NCBI GenBank assembly: GCA_030528885.1
Contig: JAUMXY010000005.1
Span: forward strand, 6,924-70,923
DNA length: 64,000 bases
Direction of reading: 5' to 3'
DNA from: Bacteroidales bacterium
GTDB taxonomy: Bacteria > Bacteroidota > Bacteroidia > Bacteroidales > Bacteroidaceae
The notes beneath the pieces were generated by a model. The model did no database searches. It was not told where the DNA came from and saw only the letters and a list, made by a program, of their open reading frames with translations. Below, in pieces: positions 63,248 through 64,000 of this stretch; position 1 is the first letter of the stretch; each line of letters begins with the position of its first letter. The translations under genes were made by a program, and so were the position numbers.

Positions 63248-64000
63248 TTAATTTAGTGCGTACTTAATTCTGCCAATAGGTTTTCCGTTAATATAATTTA
63301 CATATTGCAAAGCGGTCATCGCACTAATTTTGCTGATGATTCTAGCAAACAGGCCGCAAGTGTTTTTGGCATAGTTTCTAATAACAAGGAATTGATCGTT
63401 CAGTTGCGAGAACAAAGTTTCAACTCTTTTTCTAGCCTTTGCGAACGGAGCAAATGTCTGTTTCCAATCTTTCTGATTAAGCCTATAAGGACATTCCAAC
63501 TTGATATTTGCAGTTTCAAACAAATCAAGTTGTATTTCAGCTCCGATATAGCCTCTATCTCCGAATATGCTGCAATCATGATATAAAGGTTTGATGTCTT
63601 TAATATAATTGATATCGTGAACGCTTGCCTTGGAGAGGTCATATGAATGAATCACACCGCTTAAGCCACATAACGCATGTAGTTTATAACCAAAGAAATA
63701 AATGCCTTGTGATGCACAATATCCAAAGTCTGGAGCAGTTGCAAAATCACCATTCTGCCCCATTTTGCATCTCTTGCCTCGTGCAAGACGGCATACCTCT
63801 ATTGGTTTAGAGTCAATACAGAAGTAATCTTCACCACTATCAATGTAATTTGCTATGCGTCCACGTATTTGTTCGCTAAGATTACTGGTCGTCTTACGGC
63901 GATCGTTGAATTGCCTGCGGAAAATGAGATTAGGAATGAGATGCCGACATTCATTCAATTTGGATTCAAACAACCAGTTCTCACTATCTATTTCTTCAGC
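63248..64000 (-). CDS. IS982-family DDE transposase (N-terminus beyond window)
   Basis: DSKPIEVCRLARGKRCKMG...GYCASQGIYFFGYKLHALC...IFGDRGYIG...RKRVETLFSQL. The frame is open to position 64000. Confidence 0.75.
   Translation of the reverse strand, partial: AEEIDSENWLFESKLNECRHLIPNLIFRRQFNDRRKTTSNLSEQIRGRIANYIDSGEDYFCIDSKPIEVCRLARGKRCKMGQNGDFATAPDFGYCASQGIYFFGYKLHALCGLSGVIHSYDLSKASVHDINYIKDIKPLYHDCSIFGDRGYIGAEIQLDLFETANIKLECPYRLNQKDWKQTFAPFAKARKRVETLFSQLNDQFLVIRNYAKNTCGLFARIISKISAMTALQYVNYINGKPIGRIKYALN

Noticed and set aside
1-64000. CRISPR arrays, rRNA or tRNA genes, reverse transcriptases/retrons
   Set aside because: No regularly spaced repeats, rRNA- or tRNA-like structures, or RT motifs (YxDD) were seen on either strand.

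Overview
All calls were made by eye from the sequence and the ORF track; no searches were run. The window looks like a Bacteroidales (Bacteroides/Prevotella-like) chromosome segment. Supporting signs are lipobox lipoproteins, NVEALA peptides, BspA-type LRR fragments, a TAnnTTTG promoter, an IS982-like transposase and little Shine-Dalgarno usage.

Layout:
- 1-10.9 kb (minus strand): envelope block with a Wzy-like protein, signal peptidase I and a MauE/DoxX protein. It also holds two tandem paralogous modules (NVEALA Cys-rich peptide, beta-propeller lipoprotein, TlpA-like thioredoxin lipoprotein), split by a 925-aa transglutaminase/ricin/discoidin lipoprotein.
- 11.1-13.1 kb: alpha-oxoamine synthase (SPT-like) plus a TetR regulator.
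- 12.77-23.93 kb: a roughly 10.9-kb AT-richer island bracketed by ~300-bp, ~90% identical direct repeats of the TetR gene 3' end. I consider this the best candidate for an undescribed system.
- 23.9-26.3 kb: gene-decay zone plus an M23 peptidase.
- 26.4-63.2 kb: a large mobile-element-like region.
- 63.2-64.0 kb: truncated IS982-family transposase.

Island contents:
- A 920-aa adenosine-deaminase-fold protein with a complete catalytic motif set (RdrB/Cad1-like, but no RdrA or CARF partner). A 130-aa possibly HIRAN-like gene overlaps its end.
- Converging on it, an operon of M42 peptidase, an unannotated 36-aa Cys peptide, an attenuator hairpin, an RRE-radical SAM/SPASM maturase and an SNF2 ATPase.
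- A three-gene operon of unknown function.

Mobile-element contents:
- Transfer and replication genes: DUF4099, Toprim primase, a VirB2-like protein, cell-wall hydrolases, SSBs, OmpA, a MobV relaxase and a candidate oriT.
- Anti-restriction-type genes: two ArdC-type proteins, one of them fused to a MutS mismatch-binding domain.
- Cargo: a catalytically dead resolvase-like protein, nitroreductase, GmrSD-type restriction enzyme, UmuDC, and a PRTase-SLOG pair.
- No VirB4, coupling protein or active integrase is visible.
- Other signals: a dnaX-type slippery site, shared operator-like inverted repeats, and a conserved ~200-nt leader present at least twice.
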